Source: Blastocystis sp. Blastoise
Taxonomy: Eukaryota; Protista; Bigyra: Opalinata
Length of the DNA stretch: 64,000 nucleotides
NCBI GenBank assembly: GCA_039096225.1
Contig: JBBPEB010000009.1
Location: 682,001 to 746,000 of the forward strand
Direction: 5' to 3'
Positions 1-12,325 of the stretch are shown here, in pieces. How positions within the stretch are numbered: the stretch's first letter is position 1; each line of letters starts with the position of its first letter. The notes under the pieces are model-generated. The model ran no database searches. It saw only the letters and a list, made by a program, of their open reading frames with translations, and was not told where the DNA came from. Both the position numbers and the translations under genes were made by a program.

Positions 1-1488
1 AACTGTAATAGAACTAGTTGATTGAGAAGGAGATTTATTGCATGATTCTGAAAGGATTGTAGAATTAGTATCCTTATTATCATTAATTTTTATTTTTTTA
101 GCTTGTGACTTTTTTTCTTTCTTTTTGCTATTATTATTAGCTATTTTTATATTATTAGAAACAGTAGTTACATATTCATTTTCTTGTTTTTTCTCATTAT
201 TATTCTTCTTATCTTTATTGTTAATAATAATCCATTCATTATCATCATTCACATCCCATTCATTATCATTTATTTCTATTGTTTCATCGACTTTTAATTT
301 ATTATCAAGAGATAAAATTTTATCATTATCTATTTTGTTATTAGTAGCTACTACAGTAATATCATTTATTTTAGGAGAATTCACACTATTTTCTTTCTCT
401 TTATTATTCTTTTCTTTCTCTTTATTATCTTTTTCTTTCTCTTTATTATCTTTTTCTTTTTCTTTATTATTCTTTTCTTTCACTTTATTATCCTTTTCTT
501 TCACTTTATTATCCTTTTCTTTCTCTTTATTATCCTTTTCTTTTCCTTTATTATCATTTTCTTTCACTTTATTATCATTTTCTTTCACTTTATTATCATT
601 TTCTTTCACTTTATTATTCTTCTTAGTATTCTTCTTGTTCTGATTATTCTTATTATTACCTAATTCTTGGAATTCTTTCACCCATTCATCTATAGATTTA
701 TCTTCATAAGAAACGTCAAATTCATCATATACATTCGTTTTCTTCTTATTCTTATTCTTTTTATTACTAGTTTTAATAGTATTTTTATTAGTAGCAGTGA
801 CATTCGTAATTTTCTTTGAAATATCTTTTGATTTCAAAGGAATAGAATTCGTTTTATTATTATTCTTCACAGTTGAAGTTATAGTATTTGTTTCTTGATT
901 AGAATATCCTCTAAGATTATTATTATTATTAATTGGATTACCTTTCTCTATATCATAATCCTTACCTTTCATTAAATTACTATAATTATTATTATTAGTT
1001 ATATTTAATTTTCCTAATTTATAAGAGTCTGGTTGATCATGAAAGAGTGATAAAGTATTCAATTGACTTAAATCATCTATATTTTGTCTTTTTCGACTCT
1101 TTTTCTCATCATTCACATCTGTAGGATATTTCACTCTTTTTGTTGTAGTTTTATAAGTGTTTTTAAATGCTTCATGAATCTGTTGCTTCTCATATGTTTC
1201 TTCCTCATATCGTTTTATTTCTTGATCATTGATTTCTTGATCTATTTCTTTAGTTAATACATCAAAATGATCAATATCATTATGTATATAATTCATTTCT
1301 GTAGCTCCATTCTCTATAGACGTAGGAGCTTTATAAACGGACTTTCGAGGCTGATCTATAGAGGAAAATAAAGTTATTTATATAAAATTATTTAATATTA
1401 TATATATATAATATATTTAATATTATGTATATATATACTAAAACTAGATAAAACCATTTGAGGGTCATATTGTTTTAAAGGTAATGAC

Positions 1489-1573
<85 letters not shown>

Positions 1574-1785
1574 CTTCATCTTCAGTATCTTCATCCGAAC
1601 TAATAGCAAAATATTCAACATTATTATTACTATTAATATCAATAATAGTATTATCCTTAATAGGAAGAGGAGAAGAAGAAGAAGAAGTATCTTTTAATAT
1701 TAAAGGAGTCTTATTATTATCATTTATATAATTATATCCATAATTATATAAAATATCATCATTTGTTGTTATTGAATCATACTAC

Positions 1786-1832
<47 letters not shown>

Positions 1833-3047
1833 TATACATATATATATATATACTTTTCGTTCAATATCAACATTAGTAACATCATCATTATCATCATTAT
1901 CATAATGAATATAGCACGTGTCCGTTGAGGGATTTTCAACAACATGAATAATTCCACTGGATAATATATCTGAAGATTTCGATGTATTCCCGCGGTTATT
2001 TGTGGATATAGATGAATTCGATATAGAATGATCATGTAGAACATCCTTAAAATAAACAATACCTACATGATTAAAAGTAACTGAATAAGTTTCACCTGCT
2101 TTCAGCATACTTGTTTCAAAACAATCTATAGTAATATATATATATATATATCTAGAATAGGATATTCATATAAATTTCATTATTTATTAAATAAGAAATG
2201 ATAAATATATATTTTAAATATTATATTAATAATAATAAATATATAATATATATATATATATAGTGTATATATACTGGGTCCATCAGTTGATGTGAATTGA
2301 TAACAAGTCGTTGGATATAATTGTGACATAGTATTCTTAGGAACAACAAAAGTAACTGTACCTCCAACATATATAGAACATGTAGTAGGAGTAAAATTAT
2401 AAGGAGGGTCTAAACAACAATGTATATATACACTATATATATATATTTATAAGATTTGATTAGAAAAATTTATGTATATAAAAGAAATATAAAATAAAAT
2501 AAATAAATACAAATTAAATAGATAAAAATAAAATAAATAAAAATAAAATAAATAAATAAAGTAAAAATAAAAAAAAAACATAAATAATTAAATAAAAAAA
2601 ATACTTTTTACTAATATCATTTGAATTTGTTTTTAAAGGTTCATTTGGGATATATGGAAATGAAGATGATATATTTGATTTACTATTATTAACATTTTGT
2701 TGAGATGAAGATAAAATTAAAGATTGTGAAGTTTGAAATGAATGAATTTCAACTGAAGGAGCTGCTGAATGAACAAGAATGTGTGCTTCAATAGATGGGT
2801 AATTTGCGTCATAAAGAAATAGAGTACCGACTTTTTTCAATTCAAATTCAAATTTATCTCCTTCATGCAAAACATTACTACATATATCTTGACAACTTTC
2901 GGGTTTACTTTTTATTTTATGTGCAAGTGCATCCTTGTTTTTAATAATGATTTTGATACTAGACCCAACTGTCGATTCACATTCAAATGGTTGAAGTTGA
3001 TTATCTTTTAAAGTAATCAAACGATTCTGATTGCCTTTCTTTACCAT
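1..3047 (-). CDS. Multi-exon protein with two N-terminal cupredoxin-like beta-sandwich domains and a long low-complexity Asn/Lys/Glu region; runs off the window start
   Basis: ATG at 3047. GT-AG exons at approximately 3047-2604, 2409-2275, 2125-1854, 1781-1439 and 1355-1. Motifs HKIKS...LHEGDKFEFELKKVGTLFLYDANYP and LKAGETYSVTFNHVGIVYFKD resemble the plastocyanin fold. The + ORF 38..643 is its antisense shadow. Confidence 0.6.
385..622 (-). repeat. Coding 21-bp tandem repeat (heptapeptide approx. KEKDNKS/KENDNKS, about 11 copies)
   Basis: Repeated + strand unit such as ttctttcactttattatcctt / ttctttctctttattatcttt. Confidence 0.75.
1490..1573 (-). repeat. (AAT)n coding poly-Asn microsatellite
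   Basis: Pure tta run on + strand inside a minus-strand exon (DEDNNNN...KSLPLK). Confidence 0.9.
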
Positions 3048-3344
3048 AAATTTCGTATGATATATATATATATTATTAAAATAGATGATTTTAATAATAA
3101 TAAATGTGTTTTTTTATTTATACATTAAAAATGTAAAAAAAAAAAAAATTAATTCTTTTTATAATCGTGTTTATATAGAATATTATTAAACAAAAATATA
3201 TAATTCCCATGAATTCATTTCTTATTTAATTAAAAAAATGGTTCTTTTTTATCTTTTTTTTCTTGTTTTTATTCTGCTCTGAAATTGATCCAGAAAAGAA
3301 ACTTTATCATATATATACTTTATATAACAAAAATAATATCAACC

Positions 3345-3961
3345 ATGCTTGCAAGATTATTCTTAACTACAGTAAAGTCAACTACATTACCTATCTCTTT
3401 ACAAATGAACTCTGTTCGATACTTTGCTGCTGCTAAAGGAGCTGCTAAAGCACCTGCTGCTACTCAAGCAAGTACTCCTGCTAAAGCTGCTCCTGCAGCA
3501 AAGAATGCTGCAAAATCTCCTGCTAAAGCTAAAAAGGATAAAGCACCTTCTGGACCTGCAGCTCCTGCTACACCTTTGAAACCTGGTGAAATTCCTGTCA
3601 ATATCTTAAAAGATGGTAAGAATCCTTTTGAAAGACCAGATAGTGAATATCCTGATTGGCTTTGGACAAAACTTGTATATATTTATGATTTATCTTTTCA
3701 TTTTGTTTCATTTTAATAATATATTGATTTCTCATTCGATATTGATAATGTTATTTTTATTATATATATTTCTAGGATCATTTATCTACTAAAGAAGAAT
3801 TTGAAAGAAGAGATATCAAAACATTAAACAAACAAGAATCAAAAAGGTATGTATTTCAATACTTAAAAATCATTAATTTAACTTTTTTTATTTTGTATAG
3901 ATATATTAAATTAATTCGTAGACAATCGATTAAAGAACATAATTCCTTTGCTAACAATTAA
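3345..3961 (+). CDS. MRPL54: Mitochondrial ribosomal protein mL54 (MRPL54 / yeast MRPL37), 3 exons
   Basis: N-terminal targeting-like peptide MLARLFLTTVKS, Ala/Lys/Pro linker, family motif VNILKDGKNPFERPDSEYPDWLW, ending RRQSIKEHNSFANN* at TAA 3959-3961. Confidence 0.85.
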
Positions 3962-4906
3962 ATTAGTTGTTGATATATATATATATTAATTTTTATTAAA
4001 AAAATATTGTTCAATTTCTTTATATTTTATATTTTATATTTATATATTTGGGGTTCTTTATTTAACTAAAAAATAATAATAATCTTTCTTAATCATCTTT
4101 TTTTTTTAAATAATTGAAAAAATAACTTATATAAGCATTAGTAACGCCATTCATAATGTATCAGCTATTCATTTATTATATATTTATGAATAATTATCGA
4201 TAATTAGAATTAAAGAAAAAAAAATATATTGTTCCACATCTATAATTTAGTGATACTTCATTTATATACGTCATGACTAAAAGTATAAAAATAAAATAAT
4301 TAAATCTCTTCATAAAAAAAGTGATAATGAAAAAGATAATCACATTGACATAAATATTTGCATGTAATAAAAAAATATAGTTTCCTTGTTATTCATATAT
4401 TTATGATCAATAATTCATGACACAACATTTAAAAAACATAAAATGAAAACAGTTATAAGTGTTAACTTAATTCCGGTTTATTTTAATAAAGAAAAAGAAA
4501 CGAATAAATAGAGAAACACGGGAATAATTCGATTAAATATAGGAAGGATTATATATATTCATAAAAAGAAGAAACTTTCTAGTTGCGGGAAAGATAAGGG
4601 CCCATAAATGAATAGAGAACCAATAAAGAGAAATAATAAATAAATTTTAAGAGGAAAACAACGAATTATTCTTTATAGAATAAAGCGTATAAATAGAATC
4701 GAATTCTAAATAGGGTCTACTTAATATTATTTATTTTTAGAATAAATTGGAAGCAGTTTTTTTTTATCAACTATTAAGGCTAGATTGTTCTTTTTATAAG
4801 ACACTAATGTATACTTATTAGTTTGATGATGTTTCATCGTATAGATCTACCTAGATATTGATTATCAAACTCCAAAACTACCCGAATCTATTAGGTTCAT
4901 ATCCTT

Positions 4907-6128
4907 ATGGACACGATTGCAGGGAAGTCAAGCGTCAACGTGTTGGCATGTATATTGTCTCACGTTGTTTCCAAATATGATCGCGTATGAATACCTTATT
5001 CATCTCTTTTTTTTAATTCTTCAAATATTCTATATATGATGTCATTCTATGAATTTAAAAACTTTTTATAGGAAGGAAGAATTGGTGTTATTACAAAATT
5101 TCATACTCAACATCCTCCTTCAATGAGTATTCCCGATTATATGGAAAGGTAATTTATTTGAATAATATTTTTTTTTAAAGGAATAATTAAAAATTATTTA
5201 TTTGTTTCATATTTTTAGAATTAGAATTTACTCTGAGTGTAGTATTGAATCATTCATACATGCACTTATTTATATTGATCGACTTATTAAGAATACCAAT
5301 ATTACTGTAAATTCATATAATGTTCACAGAATTGTTATTACTGCGTATGTTTTTAATTTTTTTTTTTAATTTTTTTTGATTTTTTTTGATTTTTTTTATT
5401 ATATATTTTTATTATATATTTTTATTATATATTTTTTAATCATTTTTTTTATTATTTTTTTCAAAATAATTTTTCATCATATATATATATATATTAAAAT
5501 CATAATAATTACATAAAATATATATAGTGTGATGATAGCTGCAAAATATTTTGATGATTTTTACTATAGTAATCAACATTATGCTAAAATAGGAGGGATT
5601 AATTTGAATGAAATGAATAGTTTAGAACTTACTTTTTTGACTTCTGTTCATTTCTCATTATATGTTTCTCCTAATGAATTTCTTTCTTATTATAATGAAT
5701 TATTCTTTCATTCAACTCGTTGTAGTTGTGTTAGTAAGAGTATGATTATTTTATTATTATTTATTTTATTATTATTTATTTTATTATTATTTATTTTATT
5801 ATTATTTATTTTATTATTATTATTATTATTTATCTTATTAATATTATTTATTTTATTATTATTTATTTTTATATAATATACATATATAATATATATATTA
5901 TAAACATAATAAACCATATGATAAATCTTTTCTATTTATATGAATGAATGTGCTTTGCCTCGTATATATAATATGTCTTCTGAGATTAGTCAGTTTGCCT
6001 TATTAACATATACTCCTATTCCTCCTGTTATTATACCTCATTATGTTATTCCTTGTCAAAATTCTCAAGATATTCTAAGACCTTATTGTAATCAATATAT
6101 TGCTGTTGTTCAAAATCATTATGTCTAA
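4907..6128 (+). CDS. PHO80/U-type (P-type) cyclin, about 5 exons
   Basis: [10 protein letters not shown] / [25 protein letters not shown]...ALIYIDRL / [33 protein letters not shown]. The acceptor of the last exon is non-canonical (see findings), so the 3' end is uncertain. Confidence 0.85.
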
Positions 6129-6743
6129 ATATTATAACCATGTTAACTTATTTTTTTTTAAATCTTTATATATATATAGTTTTTATGATGTATGTATGTA
6201 TGTATTATTATTTTTTTTTAAATAAATTGTTCTTATTGTATTATATAAATATATATAAATTTATTGTTATACATCATTAGTCTGTTCCTATACATGGATA
6301 TTTATATACATTATGATCAACCTTTTACTTTTTTTTTCTTACACTTATATTAATCTTTTCTTTTATTACTTTTAACTTATTCAAATTAATATTATATTGA
6401 TTCTTTATCGTTATGCTATTTCTAGCACCACTTTTTTTTTCTTCTATTTTAACATAGATGTTTATGTTCTTTTCTTTTTCTATAATTCTATTTACTTTAG
6501 TCTTTATTTAAATAAAGTAAATAATGATAAACAAAAAAAAAAGATAATTCTAAATAAAAAAAAAATCGTCTCGTTCGCTTCTTGTTTTGTTTTTATTTTT
6601 TTTTTTTGATATTTTTTTTTACTTATAATTATTGAAAATTCTTATTTTTGTTTTAATTTTTAAAATATAAAATAAATTTATAAAACGCAAAAACTATCCA
6701 TAATATTATTTCATTTAAAAAAAACTTAAAAAAAAAATAAACG

Positions 6744-8428
6744 TTAAATTCTTCTCCTTCTTTTTGGTTTGATTGTATTTGAATTTTGTTGAATAGTTTG
6801 TTTGATTTGTTGATAGAGTTCTTTTTCTTTTTGATCTAGAGATGTTAATTTATTTCTAATTAATGAAGTCTATAGAAATATTTAATATACATGTAATAAT
6901 ATTTAAAAAAGTAATATTAAAATTTGATGATAATAATAAAAATAATAGAATAGTATAGAAAGTTGATATTTTTATATATTGTATTAAAAATATAATATAT
7001 ACATGATCTATATTATTAATAGTTGAATTAGAATTATTATCGATACTATTTTCAGTTTTAAGTAGAGAAGTTGATGTAGAAAATGGTGCAGAAGGAGTAG
7101 GAGTAGGAGAAGAAGAAGGAATAGAAGGAGGGATATTAGATATAGTAGAAGAAGAAATAGAAGAAGGGATATTAGATAAATTAGAAGGAATATTAGATAT
7201 AGTAGAAGAAGAAATAGAAGAAGGAATATTAGATAAAGGAGAAGAAACAATATTAGATATAGAAGAAGATATATTTGGTTTCTTTTGAGGATAAATTTTA
7301 TTTTGTGGATAAGAATATTTTGGTGTTTTTATTAAAGGTCTATAAAATGATATATAATATATACTAATTAATTAAATACTGATAATTGTTGAATGAATCG
7401 ACAGCCGAATCATTTGTAGATTCTGTATTTTGATTAAATGATTCATTTATATTATGATTATTATTTTCTTTTTCTGATATGTTTTTATCAACTACAAGAA
7501 TAAAATTTATATTAATATAAAAATAGCTATATCATCTATTTATATATAATAAATACTATTTGTATTATCATTTGTAAATGATAAAAATTCATCTCTATAT
7601 ATTGTATCATATATAATTATTATTTATTATTATATATTAATGTATATATCAATATATATATATATGTATATATACTCTGGTAAAGCTGATGACCAGAATT
7701 CATTAGAAATCGGTTTATGTTGAATAATATCTAATTCTAAAACAAATTATAATAAAAAAAATACTCTTTTTGATAAATAATATATTTATATTAAAATAAT
7801 AATAAAAATAAATTAAATAATAATAAAAAAAAATAATAAATCCATAAAAAAATACTTTCATGAACTCGTTTTCGAACAACTCCAAGTCGTTGATTTAATT
7901 TATTTTTTGTATCTGATGGTGTTTCCGAATAGATATCATAATATATAAAAAGATCTCTACCAAAAAAAGATTTTTTATTTAATTTATTCTTCACCATTCT
8001 ATATAAATGAATACTATCATAAAACAATAATCATAAATATTATTTATACTTTTTTCATAACATATACATAAATAATCAATTATATTAGCATACCTTGCTG
8101 CTATCAATTGCTCAAATTTTACCCAAATTGTTTCTGTAAATGGTTCTGCTTTCACATCCACAAGATGCCTATATTCCTCTATAGTTCCAAATTGCTTTAA
8201 CATATTTATCAAATCAGGAATAACTTGAATTTGAGATATATTTCGAATAATCAAGTATCTTGATTCTAATGCTACAGAATATACTTTGATAGCCTTTCCT
8301 TCTTTTGGTCGACGATATTTAGGTTGATCATATACGGGTTCAGATGGTTTAGGATATTCTTCGTCCTCTTCATCTTCAAGATCATCCGATTTATGCATCC
8401 ATGGCTTATCAAATACGTTATTTTCCAT
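6744..8428 (-). CDS. RBM48: RNA-binding motif protein 48 (minor U12 spliceosome factor), about 7 exons
   Basis: KVYSVALESRYLII...FGTIEEY...AEPFTETIWVKF...AARMVKNKLNKKSFFG...ETPSDTKNKL matches the RBM48 RRM. C-terminus KPKRRRRI*. Confidence 0.85.
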
Positions 8429-8695
8429 TTTGTATTAGTTTATAATTATATATATATTATATTGAGAAAAATTTATAAATTATTTATGAAATTAAATCCT
8501 ATTTATCAAAGGAATTAAATTGAATTCTTTTTATCACCTTATTATTCCCTATTTCACTGTTTTAAAATTTTTATTAATTTTAATAATTCAAACAAAACAA
8601 TGATGTGAAGAAAAAATAACCATTATTACAATAAAAAAAATGCTGCTAATGCAATAAAAATGAAAACACACAATAAGAAAAATTTATTATTCAAT

Positions 8696-10779
8696 TTAAT
8701 TATATTGTTCAAAATATTTATCCATAAAAGGCTTGACAGTTTCCCAAACCTTATTGGAAGCTAATAATTGATAACATTTTTCTATATCAGGAGCCATGAA
8801 ACGATCCTTAGTATAAGGAGGAACTTCACTACGAACCTATATTATATATATATGTCATAATTTTATTATATGAATAATAATAAATAAAATAAAATAATAA
8901 ATAAAATAAATAAAAATAATCAACATACAAGATTATAGACAGCAGTAAGAGGTTCAGTAGTAGTATGAGGAGATAATAAATAAAGACCTTGACAAGCAGC
9001 TAATAATTCAATAGCTAAAACATGTTCAACATTATCAACAACTTGAATAGCTTTTCTAGCACAGAAACCACCCATAGAAACATGATCTTCTTGACCAGAA
9101 GAAGTAGAAATAGAATCAACAGAACCAGGATGAGTAAGAACTTTATTTTCAGAAACAAGAGAAGCAGCACAACAATGAGCAATCATAAAACCACTATCAA
9201 GACCACCTCTTTCTTTAGTAACAAGGAAAGCAGGTAAACCACCAAGGCTTTCATTAACTAAACGTTCAATACGACGTTCAGAAATATTAGCTAATTCATG
9301 AACACCAATAGCGAGATAATCAAGAGCTTTAGCAGGATATTCACCATGGAAATTACCTCCAGAAATAATAAATCCTTCTTCACCTTCTTTCTTGAAAATC
9401 ATAGGATTATCAGTAGCAGAATTCATTTCAGTAGTTAATAATCCACGAACAAATTCAATAGTATCATTACAAATACCATGTACTTGAGGAACACATCTTA
9501 AAGTATAAGAATCTTGAACTTTAGATTTATCACGAAGATTATCATTAATATCAGAATAATATCTATATTTAAATAATAAATAAATAATAAAATAAAAAGA
9601 ATTATAATAATAAATATAATAATAATAAATAAAACAAATAAAATAATAAAATAAATAAAATAAAACAAATTAAAAAATAAAATAAATTAAAAATAAAATA
9701 AAATAAATTAAAAATAAAATAAAATAAATACAATTGATTATGTAAGATAGAACGAAGTCTTCTAGCAACTTCAATTTGACCCTTATGTTTTCTAGCTTCA
9801 TGAATATAAGGATGATAAGCAGCAGTAGTACCACGAAGAGCTTCAAAAGTAAGAGCCATGACAATATCAGCTTGTTTGCAAATACGTTCAGCACGATATA
9901 AAGCTTCACAACCAAGAGCAGTAATAAACTGAGTACCATTAATAAGAGCAAGACCTTCTTTAGCCTATATATTTATTATATATATAATTAAAATATATAC
10001 ATATATATATAACAACAAAAATAATAATAATAATAACAAAAATAAATAAAATAACAAAAAATAAATAAAATAACAAAAATAAATAAAATAAATACCTTCA
10101 GTCTAATAGGTTCTAATTCATTTTCTTTTAAGATAGTAGCAGCATCACCAACAGTATGTGTTTTAGGATTCCACATTTTACCTTCTCCCATAAGACCAAG
10201 AGCAAGATGAGCTAAAGGAGCTAAATCACCAGAAGCACCAACAGTTCCCTTTTCAGGAATACAAGAAATACAACCCTTATTGAAAGCAGCTATATATATA
10301 TATATAATATATTATATATATATATTTTATTTTAATTTTTTTTTTAACAATAAAAAAAATAAATTAACTTTTATTAAAAATTAATAGAATAACATACCAA
10401 TGACACGTTCAAGAGTTTCACGAGAAATACCAGAATTACCCTTAGCAAGAACATTAACTCGAAGAGCCATAACTCTCTTAGAACGTTCATAAGTAATAAA
10501 TTCACCACAACCAGAAGCATGAGAACGAATTAAGTTGTATTGTAATTCTTCAAGGAGATTATCAGGAATGGTAACCTTAGCGAAGTGACCAAAACCAGTA
10601 TTAATACCATAGGTAACCTTACCGGAAGCAACAATTTGATCAACAACAGAACGACCATCTTCAACTTTCTTCCATCCTTCTTCGGAAAGAGCCATCTTGT
10701 ATTTTCCTTGAGAAAGATCCATTAAAAGTTCAGGAGTCAAGGATTCACCATCAAGATAAAGAGTAGGGATTTCAGCCAT
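8696..10779 (-). CDS. HAL: Histidine ammonia-lyase (histidase), 5 exons
   Basis: [23 protein letters not shown]-forming [55 protein letters not shown]. Confidence 0.97.
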
Positions 10780-12325
10780 AGTTACAATACGAACTTAAAC
10801 TATTATATAAAAAAACAATAACAAAAAGATTATGTTGTTTTTTCACATTCTCTCCTTCCGATAACTTCCACTTTTTCGAAAGTTTCTCGATTTTTAATTC
10901 TCTTTTTTCCTCTATCTTTATGGGGATAATTATGAAGATCTCTCTTTATTTTTTTCTATGATTACCGTGATTCTTGACGCTAAAATGCGTCAAAACATTA
11001 TTGGTCACTCATTCTCGACGGAATCATTTTTGAATACAATGTTCTGATTCGATTTCTATGTATTTTTAATACTCTTTCTTTATTCACAAAAACAATAATA
11101 TTTTTATATTTATTCATTTATTTCTTTTTAATAAATTGAAAAGCAAGAGTCTAATTTTATATAAATTGAAAAAACAATTGTAGAAAACATTTTATTGTCA
11201 AGAATTCCACATCAAAAGAAGATGTAGGAGAAAAACACATTTTTTTTTCATTCCATATCATGAAATTTTCTATTCTATATGGGGGAGACTCTCATTGATT
11301 TGTAGTTTCTCTTATTTCTATACTCTATCATTGGCTCTTCATTATGAAAAGCAGTTTTTATTGGAGTATTCGATTCCCACTGGAATGTATATTTTTTTAT
11401 CATTTTTTTTTTGTATTTTTTTGGAGATTTCTTATTCCTTGATAAAGAATATTTTTAAAGTGTCTTTTATAAGAATTTCACGGGAATTGTTTTTCAAATG
11501 TCTTTTTTCATATTTAACGATCTCAAGTCATGTAATCAAATTACTGAATGAATATTCATCAACAGTGGTTGCTTATGTTGCGTTACTACTCTTCGTTGAA
11601 TCAATATAAGACTTGTAAAAGAATGTGCCGATTAAAGTGTTTAGAAATTTGATATATATGAATGGATATATGATTATATGATGCACGAATTTTATTAACA
11701 AATATTCATGAAAGTAAATTCTGAAACACAAAACAGATTTGTCTCTTCGTCATGCTTCTACAGTAAATTCAGATATGCACAGGCATGGTACCAATGGTTG
11801 CAAAACTATACACTTTGTATATATATATATTCTTATTACATTTATTGTTTTTCTTTTTTATTGACTTGTTATAAATATATTCTTTTAATATTATTCTTTT
11901 CATATACTCTAAAAGTATTCTTATTCTTATTTTTTTAATTCATTTATATTCTCGATAGGTTGCTCTAACTGAATGTTTAATATAATTACTATTTTAATGT
12001 TAAAGGAAAATTAGCTTTTGTAATAGACAAATAATAAATGCTAGTTATTAGTAGGTTAAGAATATCTGATGGTGGTTGAATAAAATTATGTAAACATTGC
12101 ATTTTAAAGACAAGAAACTACTAAAAAAAACTACTAAAAATGTGTCCAATAGATTTTACTTTTTTATCATAATATGTCTCTGTCATTGGTCGAATTAAAC
12201 CAATTACATTATTGATATCCTTCGATTTTTGAAAACAAATTAAACCAAATTTTTATAAACAAGTTACAAATCTCAAAAAAATGGTTAGAAATTATTCATT
12301 ACATAGTTTTTTTAATTAATAGGAA

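Noticed and set aside
38-643. 201-aa hydrophobic + strand ORF
   Set aside because: It is the antisense shadow of the Lys/Glu/Asn repeat exon of the minus-strand gene.
11295-11938. ORFs 11295..11609 and 11708..11938
   Set aside because: No recognisable motif, codon bias or splice structure; probably intergenic.
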